Shown here one piece after another: positions 31,600 through 41,106 of a stretch of 47,683 nt of DNA (the first letter of the stretch is position 1; every line of letters starts with the position of its first letter). A program made the position numbers and the translations under genes. Origin of the DNA: Abditibacteriaceae bacterium (GTDB taxonomy: Bacteria > Armatimonadota > Abditibacteriia > Abditibacteriales > Abditibacteriaceae); NCBI GenBank assembly GCA_031372065.1, contig JANMKN010000341.1:1-47683 (forward strand). Reading direction: 5' to 3'. The notes under the pieces were generated by a model. That model worked only from the letters and a program-made list of their open reading frames with translations, was not told where the DNA came from and searched no databases.

Positions 31600-31600
31600 A

Positions 31601-31660
31601 CCTCCGGTTTTTTAAAAAACGGCCCAATTTTTAAAAATTAGGCCTGATTTTTAAAAAAAC
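31601..31660. repeat. Three phased TTTTTAAAAA palindromes at about 20-bp period
   Basis: cctccggttttttaaaaaac / ggcccaatttttaaaaatta / ggcctgatttttaaaaaaac. Confidence 0.8.
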
Positions 31661-31669
31661 CGCTTACCC

Positions 31670-31774
31670 CAGAGAAAATTAACGTGTCCCTACAAAAGGG
31701 ACGCGCTCCCCTACGAAAGGGACACGTTCCCCCAGAGCAAATTAGCGTTCCCCCAAAGCAAATTAACGCTCCCC
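31670..31774. repeat. Degenerate 21-bp tandem repeat, 5 units
   Basis: cagagaaaattaacgtgtccc / tacaaaagggacgcgctcccc / tacgaaagggacacgttcccc / cagagcaaattagcgttcccc / caaagcaaattaacgctcccc. Confidence 0.88.
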
Positions 31775-31911
31775 CGGCGTAGGGGGCGATGGTTTTGCTG
31801 CGCGGGACGATACAATTGGCACCGCAAAACTGCGGTTAAATTCAGAGTTGGGTTGCCTGCGCGTGGCTTGGCTGGGTGCGATATAATGACGTGAGGCAAA
31901 ACGGAGGTAGA

Positions 31912-32289
31912 ATGGGTGAAGTCAAGATCACGAAAAGTGATGTAAAAGAATTTGTTGAGGCGGCACACGGCGATTTTGAAAAGGTGAAGCAAATGCTGGC
32001 CGATAAGCCGCTTCTGCTCAATATGCCAAATGGAAATGAAACGGCTCTTGGTGCGGCCTGCCAAATGAAGCGCAAAGACATCATTGCGTTTCTCATAGTT
32101 CAAGGTGCGCCAATGGATATTTATGTGGCGTGTGTGCTGGGTCTAACAGACAAAGTGGCAGAGTTTCTGGAGGCTGACCCTTCACTGGTCAACAAGAAGA
32201 ACAAGCAGTCTCACGTTAAGCCGCCCGTCGTATTTGCTTCTGAACAGCCCGAAGTATTGGCGTTACTCAAGAGTAGAGGAGCCAAATAA
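31912..32289 (+). CDS. Small ankyrin-repeat-like protein
   Basis: FVEAAHGDFEKVKQML, NETALGAACQM..DIIAFLIVQGA, EVLALLKSRGA. GGAGG RBS before ATG 31912; TATAAT at 31882-31887. Confidence 0.8.
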   Translation: MGEVKITKSDVKEFVEAAHGDFEKVKQMLADKPLLLNMPNGNETALGAACQMKRKDIIAFLIVQGAPMDIYVACVLGLTDKVAEFLEADPSLVNKKNKQSHVKPPVVFASEQPEVLALLKSRGAK

Positions 32290-32367
32290 GTATCTAACCA
32301 CAGCCCAACAAGAGAATCTCTTGGCAAGGGGTCTGTTTTTAGCACTTTGTTTGGCGACTGATACAGC

Positions 32368-32400
32368 AAAAAAGCGCGCTTCTCCCATGAGAGGCGCGCT
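32368..32400 (-). terminator. Terminator for the GH43 gene
   Basis: agcgcgcttctc-ccat-gagaggcgcgct preceded by an A-tract, which is the U-tail on the minus strand. Confidence 0.7.
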
Positions 32401-32422
32401 GCATTTGGCCGCCGTCGTTGGT

Positions 32423-33439
32423 TTAGCCGACATGGGGAGCCGCCAATAGCGGCCAGCCGTTTTCGAAAGTCAAATTTTCAATCATCAAAGTTGGCCGCCC
32501 TCCATTCAGTCCGTCGTAAAAATGATAGCTGCACCACAAGGCGCCCTCGTGTTCTAAAACGCCGATGTGTCCGGGGCCAATAAAGCGCCCGCGCCGCGCT
32601 AAAAAAGGCGAGCCGCCGCCTTGCATTAAGTCGCGCCCGTCTTTATCGAGATACGGCCCTGTTATCGTTTTGCTGCGCCCGATGCGCACTTCGTAGGTGC
32701 TTTCCAAGCCTTTGCAGCACAAGCCCCAATTGACAAACAAAAAATAATCGCCGCCCTGCTGGTAAATGCACGGCGCTTCGATGGCGGGCGAGCCGGGCGG
32801 CGGCGCGGCGATGGAAAAAAGGTCTTGGTTCAATCGCTGGCCGGTTTGGGCGTTCAATTCAATCAATTTAATGCCGCTCCAAAACGAGCCAAAACTCATC
32901 CATAAACGACCATCTTTGTCGAACGTAAGAGCCGCGTCAATGGCATTGAAATTATCTTCGCCGCGCGACTGAACGATAATTCCTTCGTCGCGCCACGCAA
33001 AGTTTTTTGCGTCGGGGTTCAGCGTTTCATTGGTCACTAAACCAATCGCCGAGGTGTTTTTGCCGAACGATGACACCGAATAAAAAATCGCCCAGCGGCG
33101 TTTTTTGGCGTCGCCGATTTTTATAATATCCGGCGCCCACCACGCGCCATTATTTTCCGGTGCGACTTCGCGCCACCACGCGGGTGGCGTGGCAAAAACC
33201 GGCGGCCCTTGCTGCCATGTTTTCAAGTCGTTTGAAAACTTCGATGGGCCGCCGCGCCCGGTGTGAAACATCCAAAACCGCTCGCCTTCGCGCACAATGG
33301 TCGAAGGATCGTGCGCCCGCGTGTTGCCTTCGAGGGGAGTTGGTTCGGTTGGTTTTCCGTCTTGGGTGGTGCCGGAGCGTGTTAGCATTAGCAGCGGCGC
33401 GCTATACAAGGCCCCTTTTAAAATGGCGCGGCGTTTCAT
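32423..33439 (-). CDS. GH43 arabinan endo-1,5-alpha-L-arabinosidase-like protein with a Tat-type signal
   Basis: MKRRAILKG signal, AHDPS, WAPD, NAIDA, SFGSFWSGI, IEAP, WGLCC, GPGH. Confidence 0.9.
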   Translation of the reverse strand: MKRRAILKGALYSAPLLMLTRSGTTQDGKPTEPTPLEGNTRAHDPSTIVREGERFWMFHTGRGGPSKFSNDLKTWQQGPPVFATPPAWWREVAPENNGAWWAPDIIKIGDAKKRRWAIFYSVSSFGKNTSAIGLVTNETLNPDAKNFAWRDEGIIVQSRGEDNFNAIDAALTFDKDGRLWMSFGSFWSGIKLIELNAQTGQRLNQDLFSIAAPPPGSPAIEAPCIYQQGGDYFLFVNWGLCCKGLESTYEVRIGRSKTITGPYLDKDGRDLMQGGGSPFLARRGRFIGPGHIGVLEHEGALWCSYHFYDGLNGGRPTLMIENLTFENGWPLLAAPHVG

Positions 33440-33620
33440 GGAAATTTTAAGACGGCGCTGCGCGTTATTAGTGGTGAATATGAATGGTGAAAAAGTGCCT
33501 TACGCGGCTATACCATTTCGTGATTCGTTTGCTGTCTTTGTGTTTGCATAGTCACTTCGCGGCGCGAAGGAGGTCAAAGCAAAGCGCCGAAAAATTCACG
33601 TCACTTTTCAGGAGAATTTC

Positions 33621-34472
33621 ATGTTAAAAAAGCAATCTCGTTTTGCCGCACGTTTTGCGTTGTTAGGTTTGGCTTTGGTTAGCTGCGCCGCCAGTGTGCG
33701 CGCTGACATTGCCGTCAAAAACGGCGAAAAAGTCGCCTTTTTGGGCGATTCGATTACGCAGCAAGGCGCGGGCAGCGCCACTGGTTATGTGCGCCTTGTG
33801 ATGAGCGGCTTGGAAGCCAACGGTATCAAAGCCGAAACGATTGCGGCGGGCATCAGCGGCCATAAATCGAACGATATGTTGGCGCGTTTACAACGCGATG
33901 TGCTGGACAAAAAGCCCGATTGGATGACGCTCAGTTGCGGCGTCAATGACGTATGGCATCAAGAGCGCAATCAAGGCATTCTCATTGACGATTACAAGGC
34001 AAATATTCGCGCCATTGTTGATAAAGCGCAGGCGGCAGGCATCAAAGTGGTGCTGCTTACTTCGACCATGATTAGCGAAGATCAAAACGCCGCCAATAAT
34101 CAAAAACTGGTGCCTTACAACGACTTTTTGAAGGCATTGGCCGTCGAAAAAACCCTGCCGATTGCCGATTTGAACGCCATGATGCAAGAGCAAGTGAAGG
34201 TGCCGCACAAAGGCAATTTGCTGACCGGCGATGGCGTCCATATGAACCCGTTGGGCAATCAAATGATGGCTCTTGGCGTCTTGAAAGCCTTTGGTTTAAA
34301 CGAAGCGCAACTGCAAACCGCCCGCGATTCGTGGGCAAAGATTCCGCAAAACATTGGCGCGAATTTAACGCTGGGCCAATGGAACAAACTGAGCGAAATC
34401 GCCAATAAACAAAATCGTAGTGTGGATGAAGTGATTAAAGACGCCATCGAAAAAGCCCTCGCGGCGGGTTAA
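33621..34472 (+). CDS. SGNH/GDSL hydrolase, secreted
   Basis: Signal peptide, FLGDSIT, GISG, GVND, DGVH. AGGAG RBS. Confidence 0.92.
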   Translation: MLKKQSRFAARFALLGLALVSCAASVRADIAVKNGEKVAFLGDSITQQGAGSATGYVRLVMSGLEANGIKAETIAAGISGHKSNDMLARLQRDVLDKKPDWMTLSCGVNDVWHQERNQGILIDDYKANIRAIVDKAQAAGIKVVLLTSTMISEDQNAANNQKLVPYNDFLKALAVEKTLPIADLNAMMQEQVKVPHKGNLLTGDGVHMNPLGNQMMALGVLKAFGLNEAQLQTARDSWAKIPQNIGANLTLGQWNKLSEIANKQNRSVDEVIKDAIEKALAAG

Positions 34473-34480
34473 ACATAAAT

Positions 34481-34505
34481 GCCTGCAAATGAATTCGCAG
34501 GCTAC
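34481..34505 (-). repeat. GTAG-type REP element
   Basis: Minus strand reads GTAG + cctgcgaattcatttgcagg (hairpin). Same family as 43165-43266. Confidence 0.7.
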
Positions 34506-34520
34506 TCGCAGGTCATGAAT

Positions 34521-35825
34521 ATGCACCGATTGTTTTTGCCTTTGCTTCTTTTTGCCTTGCCCGTTATGAGCGATACAACACCCGTCCAAACGCTGCCTTT
34601 GCCGAATCCGCTGGTGATGCAAAATGGCACGCCAGTGAAAAGCGCCAAGATGTGGCGGGCGCAGCGTCGCCCCGAAATTTTGCAGCTTTTTGAAAGCGAA
34701 ATCTATGGCAAAACGCTTCTCGGCAGGCCGCAAAATTTGCGTTTTGTGGTGCGCGAGGAAAAGAAGGACGCACGCGGCGGCAACGCAACGCGCTTGCGCG
34801 TCGGAATTCTTTTTGAAGGCTCAGAAACCGGACGGCAAATGGAACTTTTAGTTTATTTGCCAAACCACGTTAAGGGCAAAGTGCCGCTGTTTTTAGGCCT
34901 CAATTTCGACGGAAATTTCACCACAACAAGCGAAGCCGATATTCCGCTGCCAACGCATTACGTCAACGGACTTTTCAAGAATCGCCCCGCCGACCACAAA
35001 GCACATGAAGACGCGCGCGGTTTGCATTCTTATATGTTTCCGTATGACCTGATTTTAGAGCGCGGCTACGGCTTTGCGACGGCTTGTTATGGCGAAGTGG
35101 AAGCCGACACCAAAGGCCGTTGGCAGGAAGGCCCGCGCGGCATGACAAATCAACCCGGCGAACATGATTGGGGCGCCATCGGCGCGTGGGCGTGGGCACT
35201 AAGCCGCGCGATGGATTATTTAGAAACCAACCCTCGCGTGGACAAAAAACGCGTGGCGATTTTTGGTTTTAGTCGCTTGGGCAAAACCACGATGTGGGCG
35301 GGCGCGCAAGACGAGCGTTTTGCCGCTGTCATCTCGCAAAATTCCGGCAAGGGCGGCGTTTCTCTCAGCAAAAGATTGACCGGCGAACCTGTCAAACATT
35401 TGGCGCAAGATTTAGGCCATTGGTTCGCGCCCTCTTATGCCAAATACGCCGACAACGAAGCAAATTTGCCGGTTGATGGACACCAAATCGCTTCGCTCAT
35501 CGCGCCTCGCCCGCTTTTGATTTTAAGCGGCAGCGAAGACAAATGGAGCGACCCCGAAGGCGAATTTATGGGTGGTTTCTTGGCGAATCCGGTTTATCAT
35601 TTGTTCAAAACCGATGGCCTAATGGCGTTGCAATGGCCCGCGCCGCAAACGCTCATTAACAGCACCATCGGCTATTATTTGCGCCCCGGCCCACACGATG
35701 TCACGCTCGAAGATTGGCAGGCCACACTCGCTTTTGCCGACAAACATTTGCGCGCTCAAAAATCACATGAAAAACAAAAACAAGAAATGCGCTTTCCTGA
35801 TTTCCACAATCATTGGGGCGGCTAA
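34521..35825 (+). CDS. CE15-like glucuronoyl/acetylxylan esterase (alpha/beta hydrolase)
   Basis: W..RRPEIL.LF..EIYG, WGAIGAWAWALSRAMDYL, nucleophile motif GFSRLGK, LIAPRP, D.WSDP.GEF, RPGPH. Start is ATG 34521 or 34515. Confidence 0.87.
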   Translation: MHRLFLPLLLFALPVMSDTTPVQTLPLPNPLVMQNGTPVKSAKMWRAQRRPEILQLFESEIYGKTLLGRPQNLRFVVREEKKDARGGNATRLRVGILFEGSETGRQMELLVYLPNHVKGKVPLFLGLNFDGNFTTTSEADIPLPTHYVNGLFKNRPADHKAHEDARGLHSYMFPYDLILERGYGFATACYGEVEADTKGRWQEGPRGMTNQPGEHDWGAIGAWAWALSRAMDYLETNPRVDKKRVAIFGFSRLGKTTMWAGAQDERFAAVISQNSGKGGVSLSKRLTGEPVKHLAQDLGHWFAPSYAKYADNEANLPVDGHQIASLIAPRPLLILSGSEDKWSDPEGEFMGGFLANPVYHLFKTDGLMALQWPAPQTLINSTIGYYLRPGPHDVTLEDWQATLAFADKHLRAQKSHEKQKQEMRFPDFHNHWGG

Positions 35826-36642
35826 TATTTCCACAAAGGCCGCGACTTTTCCCGATGATATTCGGGTCGAGCAAAACGTCGCCTATTTGCCCGCAGATCG
35901 CAGCGAAAAAGCCGATTTGTATTTCCCCAAAGAAGACGCCATAAAACCGCGCCCGGCGGTGCTGATTATTCATGGCGGCGGCTTTGTGGGTGGGCAGCGC
36001 GATGCGGCGCGCGAAATCAATATCGGCAGCACTTTGGCGCGCAAGGGCTACATTTGCATGAGCATTGATTATTTGCTCTCGAAAGACAACAAAACCATTT
36101 GGCCGCAGAATCTTTACGACTGCAAAAATGCCGTGCGCTGGCTGCGAAAAAACGCCACGAAACTCCATATTGATGCCGCTCACATCGGCGTCATAGGCGG
36201 CAGCGCGGGCGGTCACTTAGCGGCGATGGTGGCCTTGACGGGGCCAGACGACAAACTCGATCCGCCCGAAGATAACGACATTTCGTGTCGCGTGCAATGC
36301 GCCGTTGATATGTATGGCACCAACGATTTATTGCGCTGGCACGATGTCGGAATGCTCGGCAAAAAACGCGACGAAGACTCTGAAATTTACAAGCGCGCTT
36401 CGCCCGTTAATTATGCTTCCCAAGACGACCCGCCGATGCTGCTTTTGCATGGCACAGCGGATACAACCGTCAATCAAGAACACAGCGAATGGCTCCGCGC
36501 GGCGCTGGAAAAAGCGGGCGTTGAACACGAACTCGTTATCATCGAAGGCGCGCCGCACACTTTTACCTTGCAACCCAAACAGCGCGATTTGCGCCCGCTT
36601 GTCGTCGGTTTTTTCGATAAGCATTTGAAATCACAGGAGTAA
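35767..36642 (+). CDS. Alpha/beta hydrolase (HSL-like esterase)
   Basis: IIHGGGF, GGSAGGHLA, LLHGTADTTV, GAPH. ATG 35767 gives a signal-like N-terminus and overlaps the upstream gene by 59 nt. Confidence 0.88.
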   Translation: MKNKNKKCAFLISTIIGAANISTKAATFPDDIRVEQNVAYLPADRSEKADLYFPKEDAIKPRPAVLIIHGGGFVGGQRDAAREINIGSTLARKGYICMSIDYLLSKDNKTIWPQNLYDCKNAVRWLRKNATKLHIDAAHIGVIGGSAGGHLAAMVALTGPDDKLDPPEDNDISCRVQCAVDMYGTNDLLRWHDVGMLGKKRDEDSEIYKRASPVNYASQDDPPMLLLHGTADTTVNQEHSEWLRAALEKAGVEHELVIIEGAPHTFTLQPKQRDLRPLVVGFFDKHLKSQE

Positions 36643-36643
36643 A

Positions 36644-38086
36644 ATGCCAAATTCCAATCGCCGCGCATTTATCGAAGGCATGGGAGCCGGATTGCTAATG
36701 CTAAAGGCTACAACAAGCGAGGCGCAAAACGCAGCAAAGCGCCCCAACATTATCTTGGTGATAACCGATGATCAGGGTTATGGCGACTTGGCGCGGCACG
36801 GTCATCCGATTCTTCAAACACCGCATCTTGACCGCTTGCACGACGAAAGTGTGCGCTTGGATAATTTTCTGGTCAGCCCGACTTGTTCGCCCACGCGCGC
36901 TTCGCTTATGACGGGCCGACACGAATTTAAAAACGGCGTCACGCATACGATTAACGAGCGCGAACGGCTGAGTTTGAATGCCACAACAATCGCGCAGGTT
37001 TTACAAAAAGCGGGCTATCAAACCGGCATTTTCGGCAAGTGGCATTTGGGCGATGAAGACGCTTATCAACCGCAGCGGCGCGGCTTTGAGGAAGTGTTTA
37101 TTCACGGCGCGGGCGGCATCGGTCAAAGCTACGAAGGCAGTTGCGGCGATGCGCCCGGCAATCTTTATTTCGACCCGGCGATCTGGCATAACGACAAGTT
37201 CGTCAAAACGCACGGCTACTGCACCGACATCTTTTTTGATGAAGCGATCAGTTGGATGAGCGGCGCCAAAAACAAAGCGCCGTTTTTCGCTTATATCGCC
37301 ACCAACGCGCCGCACGAGCCGTTGCAAGTGCCGCAATCTTACGAGGCGCTTTACAAAGACAAAGCGCCCGCCGATGTCGCCAAGTTTTTGGGCATGATTA
37401 CCAACATTGACGACAATATCGGCAAACTGCGCGCGGCTCTGCAAAACATGGGCATCGAACGCGACACGCTGCTGATTTTTCTCAACGACAACGGCAGCGC
37501 GACCGGCGCGAAGTTTTACAACGCGGGAATGCGCGCCCAAAAAGGCACGCCGTATTTGGGCGGCATCCGCGCCATGAATTTCTGGCATTGGCCTGGCACC
37601 TTCGCGCCGCGCACGGTGAATGAATTGACCGCTCACCTCGATTTCTTCCCGACTTTGGCCTCTTTAGCGGGCGCGCCTTCACCTGACAATCTCGATGGCT
37701 TCAATCTGCTGCCGCTACTCAAAAATCAAAAAACGGCTTGGCCCGCGCGCATGGTATTTACGCATCTTGGTCGTTGGAAAAAAGGCGAGGCGGCGCAATC
37801 GAAATACGAAAAATGCGCCGTGCGTTGGGACAAGTGGCACATGGTGCGCCAAAGCGAAGCCAAAGGCTGGGAACTTTACGATGTGTCTCAAGACATCGGC
37901 GAGAAAAACGACTTAGTGTCAAAAGAACACGAAGTCATGAAAAAATTGGATGCCGCTTACGATAAATGGTGGCAAGAAGTTTTGCCGCTAATGGTCAACG
38001 AAAACGCCGTCGGGCCAAAAGTGAACCCGTTCAAAGAGCGCTTCTGGAAACAATTCGGCGCCGGCAAAACCGCAGCGGATATTTAG
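36644..38086 (+). CDS. Arylsulfatase (formylglycine-dependent) with a Tat-type signal
   Basis: RRAFIEG, RPNIILVITDDQGYGD, CSPTRASLMTGR, FGKWHLG, ELYD..DIGE. Confidence 0.94.
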   Translation: MPNSNRRAFIEGMGAGLLMLKATTSEAQNAAKRPNIILVITDDQGYGDLARHGHPILQTPHLDRLHDESVRLDNFLVSPTCSPTRASLMTGRHEFKNGVTHTINERERLSLNATTIAQVLQKAGYQTGIFGKWHLGDEDAYQPQRRGFEEVFIHGAGGIGQSYEGSCGDAPGNLYFDPAIWHNDKFVKTHGYCTDIFFDEAISWMSGAKNKAPFFAYIATNAPHEPLQVPQSYEALYKDKAPADVAKFLGMITNIDDNIGKLRAALQNMGIERDTLLIFLNDNGSATGAKFYNAGMRAQKGTPYLGGIRAMNFWHWPGTFAPRTVNELTAHLDFFPTLASLAGAPSPDNLDGFNLLPLLKNQKTAWPARMVFTHLGRWKKGEAAQSKYEKCAVRWDKWHMVRQSEAKGWELYDVSQDIGEKNDLVSKEHEVMKKLDAAYDKWWQEVLPLMVNENAVGPKVNPFKERFWKQFGAGKTAADI

Positions 38087-38089
38087 GAA

Positions 38090-38117
38090 TTGAACCACGG
38101 ATGAATCCGTGGTTCAA
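38090..38117. repeat. Short perfect palindrome (AACCACGGAT type)
   Basis: ttgaaccacggat-ga-atccgtggttcaa. Confidence 0.65.
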
Positions 38118-38129
38118 ATAAAGAAAATT

Positions 38130-39149
38130 ATGCCGAAAGAAATTACAACAATTGCCGGGACGGGACAGGCGGGTTACACAGGCGATGGCGGCGCGGCTGT
38201 CAAAGCGCAAATGAACAACACCTTTGGCCTGACGCATGGGCCGGATGGTGCGCTTTATGTGTGCGATACCTACAACCATGTGGTGCGCCGCATCGCGTCC
38301 GATGGAATTATTTCCACTGTCGCGGGCAATGGCACGCGCGGCTATTCCGGCGATGGCGGCGCAGCTACGAAAGCGCAACTCAATGAGCCTTACGAAGTGC
38401 GTTTCGATAAAAACCGCAATTTGTTCTTTGTCGAGCGCTTAAACCACATCGTGCGACGTGTGGATATGCAAACCGGGCTTATTTCGACTGTCGCGGGCAA
38501 TGGCAAAGCGGGTTTTAGTGGTGACGAACATTTGGCTGTCGAGGCGCAAATGAACCAGCCGCACAGCTTGCAATTCGGGCCGGACGGCACGCTTTATATC
38601 GCCGATGTTTTGAATCATCGCGTGCGCGCTATCTATTTGCAAACCGGCGTGATGACAACCTTAGCTGGCACAGGCGAAAAAGCGCCAACGCCCGATGGCG
38701 CCGCCTTCAAGAACGCGCCCCTGAGCGGCCCGCGCGCCCTTGATTTCGACGCGGCGGGCAATTTGTGGCTGGCTCTGCGCGAAGGCAATGCCATTTACAA
38801 ATTCGACATGATTGCGGGCAGCATTCATCACATCGCGGGAACGGGCAAAAGCGGTTTTTCAGGCAACGGCGGCACGGCCAAACAAGCGGCGCTATCGGGG
38901 CCAAAAGGCATTTCTATCGCGCCCGATGGCAACATTTATTTCGCCGATACCGAAAGCCACAGCATTCGCCTGATTGACGTGAAAAAGAACACTGTAGAAT
39001 TGGTGGCCGGCACCGGCAAAAAAGGCAACGGGCCAGATGGCGACCCGCTTCAATGCCAATTAGCGCGGCCTCATGGCGTGTGGGTCAACGTGGACGGCCA
39101 AATTTACATCGGCGACAGCGAAAACCATTGTGTGCGCGTGGTGAAATGA
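38130..39149 (+). CDS. NHL-repeat beta-propeller protein
   Basis: Repeated ITTIAGTG..GYxGDGGxA..A.LNxP and LYIAD..NH.VR motifs. Confidence 0.92.
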   Translation: MPKEITTIAGTGQAGYTGDGGAAVKAQMNNTFGLTHGPDGALYVCDTYNHVVRRIASDGIISTVAGNGTRGYSGDGGAATKAQLNEPYEVRFDKNRNLFFVERLNHIVRRVDMQTGLISTVAGNGKAGFSGDEHLAVEAQMNQPHSLQFGPDGTLYIADVLNHRVRAIYLQTGVMTTLAGTGEKAPTPDGAAFKNAPLSGPRALDFDAAGNLWLALREGNAIYKFDMIAGSIHHIAGTGKSGFSGNGGTAKQAALSGPKGISIAPDGNIYFADTESHSIRLIDVKKNTVELVAGTGKKGNGPDGDPLQCQLARPHGVWVNVDGQIYIGDSENHCVRVVK

Positions 39150-39168
39150 AATTAGCTGTGCAAAAAGC

Positions 39169-39207
39169 AAAACGCCGCTGTGAAAGTGAATTTCACAGCG
39201 GCGTTTT
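39169..39207. terminator. Bidirectional terminator between convergent genes
   Basis: aaaacgccgctgtgaaa-gtgaa-tttcacagcggcgtttt. Confidence 0.85.
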
Positions 39208-39221
39208 AGTTTGCGTTTGGC

Positions 39222-40739
39222 TTACAGCTTTGGCAGTTCCCAACCTTGGCGATAAATGTTGCGTTGCCGATAGGCCTTGGCGACGGTATCAAGAATGTCG
39301 CGCTTTTCCGCGTCGCACTTGATTTTGTAACCGGGTTCACCGATTTTCTCAGTTATGGCACCCAGCAGCATCACTTCGGTCAGCGGACCAGCGTAGGTGG
39401 CGAAGTTGGAACCGGGATGATTCCACGGCTTTTCGCCTGTTGCTGCCACCAGCCAATCGTTGTAGTGACCGTTGGAGCCGCCGGGCACGCGCTCAATCGT
39501 CTTTTCGGGCCGCGTGATTTCCTTGTTTAACGCTTCGGGCATCATGCGTGGACCGCCATCGGCATAGTCGCCGGTCACGATGAACTTGCCTTTGGTGCCC
39601 ACGAAATACGAGGCGCTGTCTGGCAAGGTCGGCGGCTTGTCGCCGTTTTTGCGTGTCGGGTCGTTGAGGAATTCTTCGGGCAAGGGCGGTTTCATGCCGC
39701 CGCTATACCAATGGGCCACGAAGCCGGGGCGGTTGCCTTTGGCAGGGAAAGTCCATTTGAAATGTGCTTGACGCGCGAAACTTTCGGCTCCACGATCTTT
39801 GATTTCCAAAAGTTCAACCTGCGAGGGATAATCGGGGTTCATCGCCCAGAAAACGCAATCCCAAGTGTGGCAGCCCATGTCGCCGACAGCGCCGCAGCCA
39901 TAATCGAACCAGCCGCGCCACTTGAAGCCGTGCATATTACCGATTTCGGGGTTTCCGTCTTTGTCCACATTGTTCATGTTGGCGAAATCGTGATAAGGCC
40001 TGTAATCTGCCGGGCCAATCCAACTGTCCCAATCAAGATTGGCAGGCGGTGCTTTCGGCTGCAAGTTGACAAGATTACCTTGAGGCCAAACCGGACGGTT
40101 TGTCCAAGTGTGAATTTCGGTAATATCGCCGATGACGCCGGCGCGCACCCATTCGACAACAAGGCGATTGCCTTCGTTGGAGTGACCTTGGTTACCCATT
40201 TGTGTCGCCACTTTTTTGGCGGCAGTAAATTCGGCCATGGCGCGCGCTTCTTCGATGCTCCACGTCAAAGGCTTTTCGCAGTAAACGTGCTTGCCCGCTT
40301 TGATGGCGTGTAGCGCGGGCAAAGCGTGCGAATGGTCGGGCACAGCCACCACCACAGCGTCAATTTGATTGAGATGGTTGTCGAACATCTTGCGCCAATC
40401 GGTGTAGGCTTTGGCGTTGGGCGCCACTTTTTGCGCATTGCCCCATGCCCCTTTATCTACGTCTGCATAAGCTACAATATTGTGCTTTTGCAAATCGCCC
40501 GAACCAACGTGCGCTCCGGCGCGGCCTCCGGTGCCAACAAAGGCGATATTCAGCTTTTTGTTAGCTCCCTGAGCGCGCAGAATAAGCGGCATTCCCATAA
40601 CGCCTGCCGTAATGGCAGCAGCGCCGGTGGCAAATTGACGGCGCGTGATAAGACGATTTTCTTGCTGATTTTCTTTGACAGACACCTGAGGCGGTTCTGC
40701 TTTTGGTTCTGTGTCGTGTGTTTCTTCGTTCAAACTCAT
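39222..40739 (-). CDS. Tat-exported Gfo/Idh/MocA oxidoreductase
   Basis: ITRRQFATG signal, LNIAFVGTGG, VAVPDHSH, HVYCEKP, QMGNQ, WRGWFDYGCGAVGDMGCH. ATG 40739 follows GGAGGA. Confidence 0.92.
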   Translation of the reverse strand: MSLNEETHDTEPKAEPPQVSVKENQQENRLITRRQFATGAAAITAGVMGMPLILRAQGANKKLNIAFVGTGGRAGAHVGSGDLQKHNIVAYADVDKGAWGNAQKVAPNAKAYTDWRKMFDNHLNQIDAVVVAVPDHSHALPALHAIKAGKHVYCEKPLTWSIEEARAMAEFTAAKKVATQMGNQGHSNEGNRLVVEWVRAGVIGDITEIHTWTNRPVWPQGNLVNLQPKAPPANLDWDSWIGPADYRPYHDFANMNNVDKDGNPEIGNMHGFKWRGWFDYGCGAVGDMGCHTWDCVFWAMNPDYPSQVELLEIKDRGAESFARQAHFKWTFPAKGNRPGFVAHWYSGGMKPPLPEEFLNDPTRKNGDKPPTLPDSASYFVGTKGKFIVTGDYADGGPRMMPEALNKEITRPEKTIERVPGGSNGHYNDWLVAATGEKPWNHPGSNFATYAGPLTEVMLLGAITEKIGEPGYKIKCDAEKRDILDTVAKAYRQRNIYRQGWELPKL

Positions 40740-40916
40740 TGATTCCTCCAGAATTGGGTGCGCCCTTTGACAATGGAAAACGAAGGTGAGTTTTACATTG
40801 CTGTGCTTTTGTGGCAAAGGAATTTCAGTTTTTGGCTGTGTTTTTCACTCTTTGTGACCCAAAGGGAGAAATCGGCAGCAAAAATTCCGTTTTTCGTGTT
40901 TTTTTTCGTTTTCCCC

Positions 40917-40945
40917 TTGCAAGAATAGTGTGTAACGGGTAAATT
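40917..40945 (+). promoter_or_regulatory. Sigma70-type promoter for the tRNA pair
   Basis: TTGCAA (40917-40922), 17 bp, TAAATT (40940-40945), with T-tracts upstream. Confidence 0.65.
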
Positions 40946-40991
40946 ATTCCTTCGCGTGTCGTGCTTTTGGGTTCCCCATAGACGCGTTCAC

Positions 40992-41065
40992 GGGCTCATA
41001 GCTCAGTTGGTTAGAGCGCCACACTGATAATGTGGAGGTCCCTAGTTCGAGTCTAGGTGGGCCCA
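40992..41065 (+). tRNA. tRNA-Ile (GAU)
   Basis: Cloverleaf: GGGCTCA/TGGGCCC acceptor, GCTC/GAGC D-stem, CCACA-CTGATAA-TGTGG anticodon arm, CCTAG-TTCGAGT-CTAGG T-arm. CCA is not encoded. Confidence 0.97.
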
Positions 41066-41106
41066 TTTGACAAAGCCGGAGAAATCCGGTAAAGTCTAAA
41101 TTCCAT

